Shown here: positions 1 to 9,720 of the stretch, piece after piece
How positions within the stretch are numbered: the stretch's first letter is position 1
How the letters are laid out: each line of letters starts with the position of its first letter
Source: a virus
Lineage: Duplodnaviria; Caudoviricetes
Direction: 5' to 3' (one strand)
DNA length: 64,000 nt
Virus record (IMG/VR): IMGVR_UViG_3300006145_000004
Span: 1 to 64,000 of that record
Made by a program: the position numbers and the translations under genes
The notes under the pieces: model-generated
Databases searched by the model: none
What the model was told of the DNA's origin: nothing
Seen by the model: the letters and a program-made list of their open reading frames with translations, nothing else

Positions 1-164
1 TCCCCATACTGTCTACACTGACTAAGAAAATTATATCATATTATGTTGAAGATTGCTATAGGATTTATCTTTTGTTTATAGGTAGACAGATTCGCCATAT
101 TAGAGAATAGTAAAAGCTAAAATGTAGAATTTACGAAAATAAATTATAAGAGGGCTGAAAAAAA

Positions 165-1049
165 TCAGTCCTCTTTTTGAGTAAATGGTATAGGAATTGT
201 ACTTAAACTTTGTTGCATTTTATTAGCTAGGTGTATTGCTTTTTGAAACTCAGGACTAGAAACTGTTTGCTGCAATTTTTGGAATTCAGGACTAGAGATA
301 GTTTGTTTAAAATTTTCAAGTTCAGGTATATTGATGCTCTCTATTAATTTTTCAAGAGCAGCCCCAGTTAAAATTGGATCAATATTTTTATTTTCTGTGT
401 AGTCACTGTTTGCCTTTTTATTATTTTCTGATATAAAAGCAAATTTAAGTTCTTCAGCCTTTATATCATCAGGAGCTTCTTCATGAAGAGAACTTAATAC
501 TTTTAACCATAATGGAATTAACTGTTCAGTAGAATATCTTTGATCTATAAGTTCCGAATTATCATCTGCTTGTATGAATAAAATAATAGTAGCAAATTTT
601 TTACTATTTTTATATTGATGGTAACTATATAGAGATATATAACCATTTTTTATACATGTGTAAAAAGATGTTTCTTGGCCAAGGAGAAATTTATAATATC
701 CTTTTCCGTTTTTGCCATCAAACATATCTTTAGCATAGTTATTATTGAATTGTTTTGGAATACTATTTTTATTATTATAATTATTCCATCTCAATATTCC
801 ATCAGAAGTTTGTGAAATAAGCAGATTAATAAATTCATCATCAGAAGATGTTTTATATCTCGCTAATTCATCTAATGAAATCTTAAAATAGTTGGCTATA
901 TCAATAATTTTACTAAGTGATGGATCAGATTTACTCCAACGACTTATTAATCCTTGACTCATATGAAGTTCTTCTTCCAATTTAGTTATGGTTATATCAT
1001 GTTCTTTACAGAGTGTTTTTATAGAATTAACAATTTGCTCATTGTCCAT
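165..1049 (-). CDS. XRE-family HTH transcriptional regulator with long C-terminal domain
   Basis: IKTLCKEHDITITKLEEELHMSQGLISRW HTH; likely start MDNEQ at 1049 behind GGAGGT RBS. Confidence 0.75.
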   Translation of the reverse strand: MDNEQIVNSIKTLCKEHDITITKLEEELHMSQGLISRWSKSDPSLSKIIDIANYFKISLDELARYKTSSDDEFINLLISQTSDGILRWNNYNNKNSIPKQFNNNYAKDMFDGKNGKGYYKFLLGQETSFYTCIKNGYISLYSYHQYKNSKKFATIILFIQADDNSELIDQRYSTEQLIPLWLKVLSSLHEEAPDDIKAEELKFAFISENNKKANSDYTENKNIDPILTGAALEKLIESINIPELENFKQTISSPEFQKLQQTVSSPEFQKAIHLANKMQQSLSTIPIPFTQKED

Positions 1050-1188
1050 ATATGAACCTCCATTCATATTTGAAAAATAATTCATATTTTGTTGACATAT
1101 ATCATTTTTAGGTATATAATAATCAAAGTTCATAATACGAATTAAATTTATTATAAAATATTTTGATTCGTATGTCAATGAATAAAAA

Positions 1189-1224
1189 AGACGGCTCTCC
1201 ACCGACCAAAGTTTAGAACCGTCT
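1189..1224 (-). terminator. Hairpin with U-tract on minus strand upstream of XRE gene
   Basis: AGACGGCTCT...AGAACCGTCT stem next to an A-run. Confidence 0.4.
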
Positions 1225-1556
1225 ACAACACAACTTGGAATGATCCAAAGTCGAGTATATTTTATCGTACTTTCTGGACTATTTCAAGTCAAACTTTCCT
1301 TAAAATTGTACATTGGCAACCGAATATTGCATTTCTACCCATACCCCTATGTGAGGTATGACAATAAGGCTTTAGACAATGACAATTCACGAAAATATGA
1401 GAAGTTTATCTTGAAAATAAAGGGTATACATCTATTTTTGAAATAATAAATTTAGAAAAAATTTTTTATTTTGATTATATTTCTTCTATAATAGTATAGG
1501 AAAAGCTATAAGAAACTCAGAATAAGAAAAGCCTTACACCCCTTGGGAGTATAGGC

Positions 1557-1787
1557 TTATTTTTGATGTGATTCATTTTCTACTGTATCGGGTACATATT
1601 CCATGATATCGCCAGGTTGACAATTTAATAATTTACAAAGTGCATTTATAGTATCTGAATTTATACGCTCGTTTTTACTTAGTTTATTTACTGTAGCAGA
1701 ATGAATTCCATTTTGACGTAACCAATAGTTAGAACTGTGTCCACGTTCTTTTAAAATTTGAAAAAGTTTGTCATATTTTAATGACAT
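1557..1787 (-). CDS. Cro/C1-type HTH protein (HTH_26/YozG-like)
   Basis: LCKLLNCQPGDIMEY signature; AGGAGG RBS. Confidence 0.85.
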   Translation of the reverse strand: MSLKYDKLFQILKERGHSSNYWLRQNGIHSATVNKLSKNERINSDTINALCKLLNCQPGDIMEYVPDTVENESHQK

Positions 1788-1830
1788 CTTAACTCCTCCT
1801 TATATTTTTTAATAATATATTGTAGTATAC

Positions 1831-1933
1831 TATGTCTATGATAATGTACATAGTGCATAAATAAATATATACATTTTCGTGCATGATTCCGATATTTACA
1901 ATATGTCTACGATAGTGTACAATGAGTGCATAA
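1831..1933. repeat. Imperfect ~30-bp direct repeat, probable operators
   Basis: TATGTCTATGATAATGTACATAGTGCATAA and TATGTCTACGATAGTGTACAATGAGTGCATAA between divergent genes. Confidence 0.55.
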
Positions 1934-2082
1934 GATAAAGCAAGGATAACAGCCTAACAAACATTAACCCTTGCCTATCTTAATGAAATTGCACGTTGAC
2001 AACTAAATATTATTCAGTGTGTCGGCTGTGCAATTCCATTATAGCATAAGCCGACCAAAAAAGAAAGGACGGTTTTTAAATT

Positions 2083-2487
2083 ATGGTGAAAAACAACGTC
2101 ACAACTACAATCGGAACAATCAACTTGAATGATATTGAATTTTGTGAAAATATGCTTGATGTATTTATCGGCATTGAATCAGTATCGGAAGCTATGCAGA
2201 GCAAAATCAATGAAGCTATGGAAATTGCAAAAGCTGATCATTTACAAAGGATTAAGGAGCATTTTACAAACAAAAATTTATACTGGACGGATGCAGGCGT
2301 TAAAACAAATTTATCATTACATATCATTATAAAGGATAAGAAGTTTTCGTATCGGATTGAAATTGATATTGAGGATAAGGGCGATGACAGAATCTGGGCA
2401 AGTGCAAGTATTGAGGTTGATTTGTCTGAGTACCAGAATGAGCTTAAGAAGGCAATTATAAAAACATTAGTTGACAAGTTCTTTTAA
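2083..2487 (+). CDS. Hypothetical phage protein
   Basis: 134 aa ORF with AAAGGA RBS. Confidence 0.6.
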   Translation: MVKNNVTTTIGTINLNDIEFCENMLDVFIGIESVSEAMQSKINEAMEIAKADHLQRIKEHFTNKNLYWTDAGVKTNLSLHIIIKDKKFSYRIEIDIEDKGDDRIWASASIEVDLSEYQNELKKAIIKTLVDKFF

Positions 2488-2588
2488 CTGTAATGGGGGG
2501 GTGTATGTATATGGCGATAAATAAAGCTAAAATGTTGAGGAGATATATACACCACTACGGAAAGTAAATTATTTAGAAAAATAAGACA

Positions 2589-2643
2589 GTGACGTGCTCC
2601 CACCACTTAAGAAGTGGGGGACTTCTTGCTGAAAAGGGTTAAA
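2589..2643 (-). mobile_element. IS200/IS605-like right-end remnant
   Basis: minus strand CAAGAAGTCCCCCACTTCTTAAGTGGTGGGAGCACGTCAC: subterminal hairpin ending TCAC, no tnpB. Confidence 0.5.
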
Positions 2644-2823
2644 GTATGATAGTCATTTCTTTTCCAGGTAATTTCTTAAAAATCTTTTTAGAATTATTTA
2701 TTGCATATTGAAAAATTTTATATAGAATGTTACAAGTGGATTTTTTTGAAATAGTGAAGGGAAATTTAAAGAAGTAGTTAGTGGAACTATTATTTAGAAC
2801 TTTTCACAGAAAGGAAATGAAAT

Positions 2824-3727
2824 ATGTTAGAAACACAATTTATTAATGACCGGACACTGAGAGATTTTTATATTGAGCATTATGAAGTTCTTGAAAAAGT
2901 AAAAAAAATTATTATTACTTCCAGGAACAGAATTTGCAACAATTAAGCAAGTGGCAAAGTTTTATGAAGTGAGTGAAGAAACTATACAAACTGTTTATAA
3001 AAGAAATAAAGAGGAATTAGATTTAGATGGGGTTTCTATAAAAAAATATTCAGAACTTTCAATTGTTCAATATGAACAATTGAAAAGTTCCAAAGGAAAA
3101 TATACATATATTTTTAAAAACGGTGAAATATTAGAAGTTCCCACAAGAGGACTAAGACTATTTCCTCGTAGAGCTATTTTAAGAGTTGGCATGTTGCTTA
3201 AAGATTCAAAAGTAAGCTCTGAGATTCAAACACAGTTGCTTAATATAGAAGAAAAGGCTTCTGATGAAACCAAAACACTTGATATTGATGAAGAACAGAG
3301 TCTTATGTTATCGGTTGGAATGGCAGTTGCTAGTGGCGATGCGACAGCAGTTGCAATAGCATCTGCAAAATTGATAGATTTTAAAAATAGACATATTAAA
3401 CAGTTAGAAAATGATAACAAGGCTTTAGCAGAGGGTATTCTTGAATGGAAAGACAGAAATAAACTAAATGCTGGTATTAGAAAGCTTGCCTCTGTTACAG
3501 GAATACGTTTTAGTAAAATGTGGAATGAATTATATAAAAATCTTCAGTATAAGTATGGAATTTGTGTAAAACAAAGGGGAGGAACACCTTACATACAATG
3601 GATTAATGAGTTTGAGTGGAATGATGTGATGAAAACATTCTGTGCTATGTGTGAAGCATATAAACAATCACCAACAGACATGCTACAACAAATTACGCCT
3701 ATTAGGAATTTAGCAAAAGTAAATTGA
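2824..3727 (+). pseudogene. Phage antirepressor-like DNA-binding protein, +1 frameshift in A8 run (2901-2908)
   Basis: MLETQF...EKVK joins KLLLLPGTEFATIKQVAKFYEV only if one A is removed. Confidence 0.6.
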
Positions 3728-3777
3728 TATAGACATATTGATTTTTGTGAAAATATTTCTAATAGAAAAGGCGATAC

Positions 3778-4047
3778 TTATTGGGGTGTATCGCCCTTCT
3801 CATTTAATGAAATTAATTTTGTTGCATACATTAGTAAGCGTTGAACTGTAGGATCTTCAGATATAAGGATATCATTTGGAGTACAATTTAATTCTCTACA
3901 AATGGATTCAAGTATGTCAAATTTTATTGAAGTAGAGTATCCTTTATAAATATTGTCAATAGTAGGATAAGTTACTCCAATTCGTTTAGCTAATTCATAC
4001 CGAGACATAGATTGTTCTTTTAATTTATTTTGTATAGATAATTTCAT
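3778..4047 (-). CDS. Cro/C1-type HTH regulator
   Basis: SRYELAKRIGVTYPTI...ICRELNCTPNDIL. Confidence 0.85.
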   Translation of the reverse strand: MKLSIQNKLKEQSMSRYELAKRIGVTYPTIDNIYKGYSTSIKFDILESICRELNCTPNDILISEDPTVQRLLMYATKLISLNEKGDTPQ

Positions 4048-4125
4048 TTATATGCACCTCACTTTATATATATATTTTATCATATACATATATATAATTC
4101 TATATAAAAAATATTTTATATATAC

Positions 4126-4154
4126 TTGACTATATATATTGTGAAGTGTATAAT
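4126..4154 (+). promoter_or_regulatory. sigmaA promoter for pemK
   Basis: TTGACT-17 nt-TATAAT. Confidence 0.7.
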
Positions 4155-4208
4155 ATAAAGCATAGTAAATTGTAGGGTGTACATACCAAAGAGAAAGGAG
4201 GATAGCAT

Positions 4209-4643
4209 ATGATGATAAGCATGTTTGATATTTACTATGCAGATTTATCTAAAGGTACAATAAAATCTGAACAAGGTGGTATTCGTCCAGTTATCATCAT
4301 ACAAAATGATACCGGCAATAGATACAGCCCTACGGTAATTATTCTTCCTATTACATCGGAGATTAAAAAACCGAATATGCCAACACATTGTATTCTACAC
4401 AAAACTAATCAAAACGGTTTAAATGTAGATTCTATGATATTGGCAGAACAGATCCGAGTTATAGATAAAAGTAGATTATTAGAACGGATCGGATATTTAG
4501 ACAATATTAAGGAGCAAAACGATGTGATCAATGCATATATGGCAAATATTACAGGCAAAAAGAGATACAATACTGTTTGGGCTAAACTTATGAATATGTT
4601 CTTTAAATTAGTTAGGGAGGGCGACTATGGAGACGCAGCGTAA
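4209..4643 (+). CDS. PemK/MazF-family endoribonuclease
   Basis: DIYYADL...SEQGGIRPVIIIQND.GNRYSPTVIILPITS, EQIRVIDKSRL. Confidence 0.9.
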   Translation: MMISMFDIYYADLSKGTIKSEQGGIRPVIIIQNDTGNRYSPTVIILPITSEIKKPNMPTHCILHKTNQNGLNVDSMILAEQIRVIDKSRLLERIGYLDNIKEQNDVINAYMANITGKKRYNTVWAKLMNMFFKLVREGDYGDAA

Positions 4644-4920
4644 ATTTGTTAGCAAAGAAGAAGCTCACAGATTAATTGAAGATGCTCCTGGTAATAAAGT
4701 TATGTTAATACAATATAATGGAATACTTGGCATATCTGATTGTGGGAAATATATAAAGAAGAAAAAAGGAAAGAAATTTGTCGATAAATCATCAGTTGTA
4801 GTCTTAATACAGAATAATCCAATAATGACTTTAAATCTTCATCAAAAAATTTTTAGTGATTTTTGCAATTATGATAGAGAAGATATAGTTAGAAAGATAC
4901 TATTACCCAAATTAGAATAA
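4627..4920 (+). CDS. Hypothetical protein overlapping pemK end
   Basis: 97 aa, GGGAGG RBS. Confidence 0.6.
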   Translation: METQRKFVSKEEAHRLIEDAPGNKVMLIQYNGILGISDCGKYIKKKKGKKFVDKSSVVVLIQNNPIMTLNLHQKIFSDFCNYDREDIVRKILLPKLE

Positions 4921-4952
4921 ATTTGTAAAATTGTATATTTGGTAAAATAAGG

Positions 4953-4981
4953 TTGACAAAATAGAACTTATGTTCTATACT
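4953..4981 (+). promoter_or_regulatory. sigmaA promoter with LexA/DinR-type SOS box in the spacer
   Basis: TTGACA-17-TATACT; GAAC-TTAT-GTTC at 4964-4975. Confidence 0.75.
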
Positions 4982-5158
4982 CTGTGAATAAACAATTATT
5001 CTACAAATGATAAAGACCTATCTCAAATCATACAATTGGTGCTAATAACACCTTTGATTCTGGATAGGTCTTTATGTATGTATATGTAAACATTTTTATT
5101 GGCTATCAATATTTTTGTAATTCTATTTTGTATTTTGAAGAAGAATTAAATATAGCTT

Positions 5159-5230
5159 GGATTTATAACTCTATTGGAGAGTAATCAGTTTTAAGATAAC
5201 AGATTTTGGGTTCAAGTCCCAATAAATCTT
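5159..5230 (+). tRNA. tRNA-like element/pseudo-tRNA with broken anticodon stem
   Basis: acceptor GGATTTA/TAAATCT, D-stem ACTC/GAGT, T-arm TTGGG-TTCAAGT-CCCAA at canonical spacing; anticodon stem ATCAG/ATAAC pairs 2 of 5. Confidence 0.7.
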
Positions 5231-5294
5231 TTAAATAGTGTTTTCACAAACGCTTATTTTTTGTACCTATTTTTAAGAAAAGGAGATTCAAATT

Positions 5295-5945
5295 ATGTTC
5301 ATTTTAACAGATGGCAAGAATTATGTTATGGAGAATCCAATGAAGCAAGGAGCTTATATTAGTACAACTTCTCCAGTTCAGGCGAAAAGATTTACCTTTA
5401 AACAGGCACGTTCTCTTTTACAAAATAAGAAAAAAGCTTTGTCGTGGATAAGGTCATATCATATGGTAAATCAAGAAACAGGAAGTATAGAGAAAGATAT
5501 TCCTAAATACAGTGATGAAGGTATCTTTTGCAGAGAAAGGGAATTTGAATTTGATGAATCTATTATAGATGCGATCAAACAGGAAGTAAACTCAGTTATG
5601 GGACTAGCCAGTTGGGATATCGGTCAGCTTAATACATACAAGGCAATGTTAAATCAAGGACTGCAATACTATGATTTGGTAATTTCTGATATAGAACATG
5701 CACGAATGGACAAAAGACCACCTGCACATATAATGACTAAGATAGATAAACTTAGAAATTCTATGGAAGAAAAGAGAAGAGATATTAAACAAACTAGATA
5801 TTATATAGATACGTTAATTAAAGCAATAAATGAACAGTGGCCAATCAGCAAAACAAAAATAGAATTGAATGAAGCAACATATAAACCCTATAAAGGGCGA
5901 ACTAAATATTTTAGTATTGCTAAAGATTTACTTAAAAATTATTGA
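5295..5945 (+). CDS. Hypothetical phage protein
   Basis: 216 aa, AAGGAG RBS. Confidence 0.65.
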   Translation: MFILTDGKNYVMENPMKQGAYISTTSPVQAKRFTFKQARSLLQNKKKALSWIRSYHMVNQETGSIEKDIPKYSDEGIFCREREFEFDESIIDAIKQEVNSVMGLASWDIGQLNTYKAMLNQGLQYYDLVISDIEHARMDKRPPAHIMTKIDKLRNSMEEKRRDIKQTRYYIDTLIKAINEQWPISKTKIELNEATYKPYKGRTKYFSIAKDLLKNY

Positions 5946-5947
5946 AA

Positions 5948-5993
5948 GAGTGGCTACTACAATTCCACTGGCTTTAAAAAATGGGTAGTTTAC
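5948..5993 (+). mobile_element. IS200/IS605-like right-end remnant
   Basis: GGCTACTAC...GGGTAGTTTAC, similar to 23210-23250. Confidence 0.4.
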
Positions 5994-5995
5994 GT

Positions 5996-6051
5996 ATTTC
6001 TGTTTATACACCTTATGTATTTTTACTCACACACTATATGTGAGGTGTGAC
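5996..6051 (-). CRISPR. Solitary degenerate type I-like CRISPR repeat plus adjacent partial copy
   Basis: 6019-6051 minus strand GTCACACCTCACATATAGTGTGTGAGTAAAAAT; 5996-6018 is a degenerate partial copy; no array. Confidence 0.35.
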
Positions 6052-6312
6052 TTTTCTATTCTATATTGGAATTTATATTTTTAACTTAGCTCTGGTAATA
6101 ACATATAAGATAGTTATATAGGATAAGGAAAAATTTGGCGATAGCGTTAATGTAAGATGATATAATCATATGCATAATATTAACAAGTAGGAGATAGAAA
6201 ATATGGAATACAGGGAAAAGATTATTGAGATGGTGGGAAAAATCAATAATGAGGAAATATTAAAATTATTATTTGAATTTGTAAAAGCTGGATTAAAAGA
6301 AGCAAGGGCGAA

Positions 6313-6711
6313 TTAATCGCCCTTTTTGAGTATAAAAGTTTCCATAAAATTGCAAAACGCTTCTTTTTTATCAATAGGCATTTTGTAATATTCAACTACA
6401 ATTCTTTGGAATCTCTTATCATTTATACCGATTTTTATACTGACATTGGCATATTCTGAATCTGGGGTTTCATAATTATTATCATTAATTAAATCGGACT
6501 TTAATATTCCAAAATAATCAGCAATAGCTTGTACTTTTCCCATTTTAGGCATTATCTTTCCCATACACCATGTATTAAAAGTGGTTGGGGAGAATCCTAA
6601 ATCTTTTGCGACTTCTTTTTGCTGTTTTCCATTCAAATAGATATAATGGTTTAAATTCTTAGCAAATATTTTTCGTTGTTCTTCTTCCGATAGTTGTATA
6701 TCTTCTTGCAT
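6313..6711 (-). CDS. CI-like repressor (XRE HTH)
   Basis: QKEVAKDLGFSPTTFNTWCMGKIMPKMGKVQAIADYFGI; divergent from cro. Confidence 0.85.
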   Translation of the reverse strand: MQEDIQLSEEEQRKIFAKNLNHYIYLNGKQQKEVAKDLGFSPTTFNTWCMGKIMPKMGKVQAIADYFGILKSDLINDNNYETPDSEYANVSIKIGINDKRFQRIVVEYYKMPIDKKEAFCNFMETFILKKGD

Positions 6712-6744
6712 AATAACCTCCTTTCGCTATTGATGTTATCATAA

Positions 6745-6818
6745 AATCCTAAAAAATTCAATGAAAATCCTAAAAAAATATATTTTGTATTGACAATCCT
6801 AAAAAATAGGATTATACT
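6745..6818 (+). promoter_or_regulatory. cI/cro switch: promoter and operators
   Basis: TTGACA(6790)-17-TATACT with AATCCTA-N5-TAGGATT (6795-6813) in the spacer; half-sites at 6745 and 6766. Confidence 0.8.
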
Positions 6819-6849
6819 ATGCATAGATTAAAAAAGAAAGGAAAATGTT

Positions 6850-7074
6850 ATGATTAATTTTAGTATGTCTAGTGTACCTAAAATTTCAATAGCAGCTTGT
6901 CGAATTAATGCAAAATTAAGTCAACGTGAGTTTGCTAATAAAATTGGGGTTTCCTTAGCAACTGTAACAAACTGGGAGCATGGAAAGACAGAACCAGATT
7001 CCAGTCAACTTAGAAATATTAGTAAACTTTCAGGTATTCCAATGGATTTTATTTTTATTGAAAGACAATCCTAA
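6850..7074 (+). CDS. Cro-like repressor
   Basis: SIAACRINAKLSQREFANKIGVSLATVTNWEHGKTEP. Confidence 0.85.
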   Translation: MINFSMSSVPKISIAACRINAKLSQREFANKIGVSLATVTNWEHGKTEPDSSQLRNISKLSGIPMDFIFIERQS

Positions 7075-7085
7075 AAAATAGGATT
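7067..7085. promoter_or_regulatory. Second full operator copy at the cro stop codon
   Basis: AATCCTAAAAAATAGGATT identical to 6795-6813. Confidence 0.75.
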
Positions 7086-7235
7086 TAAAGAGGCGCAAAA
7101 ATTAATAAATCAAACAGAATAGAAATGGCAACGATTATCGCCCTCATAATTTGTCAGATATTTGAATGGATTCCGTTTATTAAATATAGTAGCCGGATAG
7201 AAAGAGGAACAACATTTATGCTCATTTTCCTATGT

Positions 7236-7784
7236 TTAAATGAACTTTTTAAATAGTATAATGATTAGTTCCTTGATTTCTGCCTCAAACATTCCAAGTA
7301 GATAAGCAATAATCCATCCAATAGTTCCAATTAAAAATGATAGGTGATTTCTTGGTCTCATTCCGAACCATGAAAGAATAACTACCGGAAATGTCACAAA
7401 AGTCTTGAATCCCAAAACTGGACTAAATGACGCTTTAAATCGGTGTATCTGCTTATCACGTTCTGACTGCATGATGTTGTACATAGGAACAGCTTTATAA
7501 TAGAGAGTAAAATTGTCATTATCATAACTAAGCGTATGTGAATGAATACCTAAGTATCTTGAAATTATTGGAAAATAATTTAATAGCAGTTTTCGCTTCC
7601 ACTTGAGTTTATGACTTTGATTATAAGCATTGATAAATCCTTTTAATCTGATTATTCCTTTCCATATTTGTAATAGCCGGAAAAGATTTATAGCAATATT
7701 GTAACCATATGCAAATAAGAGTGCAAAAAGCAAAATTTGAAATATGATTCCATGTCCGCTAATGAATTGTTGTATTTGTTCCAT
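7236..7784 (-). CDS. Membrane protein (moron-like)
   Basis: hydrophobic segments at both ends; AAAGGA RBS. Confidence 0.6.
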   Translation of the reverse strand: MEQIQQFISGHGIIFQILLFALLFAYGYNIAINLFRLLQIWKGIIRLKGFINAYNQSHKLKWKRKLLLNYFPIISRYLGIHSHTLSYDNDNFTLYYKAVPMYNIMQSERDKQIHRFKASFSPVLGFKTFVTFPVVILSWFGMRPRNHLSFLIGTIGWIIAYLLGMFEAEIKELIIILFKKFI

Positions 7785-8046
7785 GGCTTTTGTCCTTTCA
7801 GTTCACTAGATGAGTGGATTATATCACATTTATAAGGGTGGTGGCAAAAATTTCACAATCAAATAATTACAATCATTTTACAGGAAAGAAAAGATTTCAG
7901 ACACCCAAGCATAAGAAAAAGGGTAAGCAAAAGAAAATACATGTCAACAAATATGAGAACCAGTAATTTATAAACAATAAGGGGGTGAAAACACGGACGA
8001 ATTAGTATATTTAAAAAATGACGAATCTGTATGTGATACCTCATCA

Positions 8047-8646
8047 ATGCAAAGAATGATAGATTATTCTACAGCTATAGCTTTATTTTTGATGCTTACT
8101 GAAGATGAGTACAATGTAGAACTTGCATCAAAAATATCAGAATTTCCTTATGGAGAACCAATAAAGAATTTTATAAATTTTAATGAAGCAAGTCTAGTAC
8201 TATATTGTTTAGGTAATATAAAACTTGCTCAAGTAAGTAGAGATATAGCAGTATTAGAAAAAACTCGTATTGATGGAATAAAAACAAGATATATAGATTA
8301 TGCTTTTTCTGAATCAGGAGTTAGATTTTACAAAGAGAGATTTATTGATAAAGAAGATGAATCTGACGGAAAAGAAAAATATATTTATATATTAGAATTT
8401 GATAATAATTCAGTAAAAATAGGAATCACAAAAAATCAGAAAAAAAGAATGAATCAAATAGTATCACAAAGCGGTCTTTCTATTACAAGAAGCTATTTCA
8501 CAGAAAAAACTAAAAATGCAATAAAAATTGAATCAGAATTACACAAACATTTTAAAGAGAAAAGATTAAATGGAGAATTTTTCTCTATTAGTTATGAAGA
8601 AGCTATTTCAGAACTAAAAAAAAGAATAAATAAAATTGATAAATAG
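8047..8646 (+). CDS. GIY-YIG/T5orf172-domain protein
   Basis: YIYILE...VKIGITKN..KRM...IESELHKHF..KRLNGEFF. Confidence 0.7.
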   Translation: MQRMIDYSTAIALFLMLTEDEYNVELASKISEFPYGEPIKNFINFNEASLVLYCLGNIKLAQVSRDIAVLEKTRIDGIKTRYIDYAFSESGVRFYKERFIDKEDESDGKEKYIYILEFDNNSVKIGITKNQKKRMNQIVSQSGLSITRSYFTEKTKNAIKIESELHKHFKEKRLNGEFFSISYEEAISELKKRINKIDK

Positions 8647-8971
8647 ACAGATGGCAGATATTGGGTTAATAGTTGCGGATATAGGATTTAAACAACGGAA
8701 AGAAATCCTAAAATCGCACTATAGCAAGAAATTTCTGAGTTACTCGTAAAAAGATAAAAATGAGGAAACGTATATGAGAGAGATGAAAGAAATTCTTTCA
8801 GATTGCAATAGCTTGGTTGATGATTTAAGCGAAATTGAGAACGCATTTTTAGAGCTGTGCGGAAGAGATGACAAGATATGTTATCAGGAAGCAAAAGAGT
8901 CTTTAAGCAAGATGAAAGATGTAAGAGATTTTGTAAAGTCTTGTACTTAATAATTAAGGAGGTGAGAAAAA

Positions 8972-9289
8972 ATGAGTCGATTAAGTAAGCAAGTAACAGG
9001 AGAATTTATGAAACCGCTAAAACCATTTATTGAAATTGAAAACTATGGACATATAACTCATGTAAAGGTTCTTGGAATTGATTTTTCAAAAGGAATTTTG
9101 AGAGCTGACTACAAAGGAAGAAAAGCACTTGCAAGACAGAATAAGTCACGGATACTTATTGAAATTGAAACATCTACACTCCTTGAAACTTTGGCAACTC
9201 TTTCTGACGAACAAATTTGTGAAGCATGGCAACGCCTAGAGCCTTATTTAAAGCTTCGCAAAAGAGAAAATCCTGCGACAAGTGAATAA
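8972..9289 (+). CDS. Hypothetical protein
   Basis: AAGGAGGTGA RBS, 105 aa. Confidence 0.6.
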   Translation: MSRLSKQVTGEFMKPLKPFIEIENYGHITHVKVLGIDFSKGILRADYKGRKALARQNKSRILIEIETSTLLETLATLSDEQICEAWQRLEPYLKLRKRENPATSE

Positions 9290-9514
9290 TTAAATAGTCA
9301 GTAAGTTAACATATTTGGGCTAAACAACAAGGGGTATTCGATAGACCGACCATATGGGTAGGTAAAATAGAAGGAAGTAGGTACATATAAGATTAAGCAA
9401 GTGGTACAAGTAGTAGCGGACTAACTCTGCAATCCCTCAAGGCAGAATACATGATAACTTAGAAGCATCATCAGCAACTAACAAAAGAAAGAATTTGAAT
9501 AAAAGGTGAAAAAG

Positions 9515-9673
9515 ATGATTTGTTCTAAATGTGGTGTGACTATGAATCCAGGGACAAGCTATGAGTATAAAAATAAAAAGTTTATATCTCAAAGATATCA
9601 TAAGTGTCCAGAATGTCATTATAAAAAATATAGTAAATGTAATTTTCACGGACTTATAATGAAAAAAATATAA
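9515..9673 (+). CDS. Small zinc-ribbon protein (52 aa, below ORF-track cutoff)
   Basis: MICSKCG...KCPECH; AGGTG RBS. Confidence 0.5.
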   Translation: MICSKCGVTMNPGTSYEYKNKKFISQRYHKCPECHYKKYSKCNFHGLIMKKI

Positions 9674-9720
9674 AGTAAAAAGGTTTCTTTTACATATTAA
9701 ATCAGATTGGGTGTATTCAT

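Noticed and set aside
4060-4140. (TA)n-rich tract as a replication origin or repeat element
   Set aside because: Lies in a divergent promoter region; better explained as operator or low-complexity DNA.
5159-5230. Functional ochre suppressor tRNA
   Set aside because: Anticodon stem pairs only 2 of 5, and TAA is a very common stop here.
5996-6120. True CRISPR array
   Set aside because: No regularly spaced repeats or spacers.
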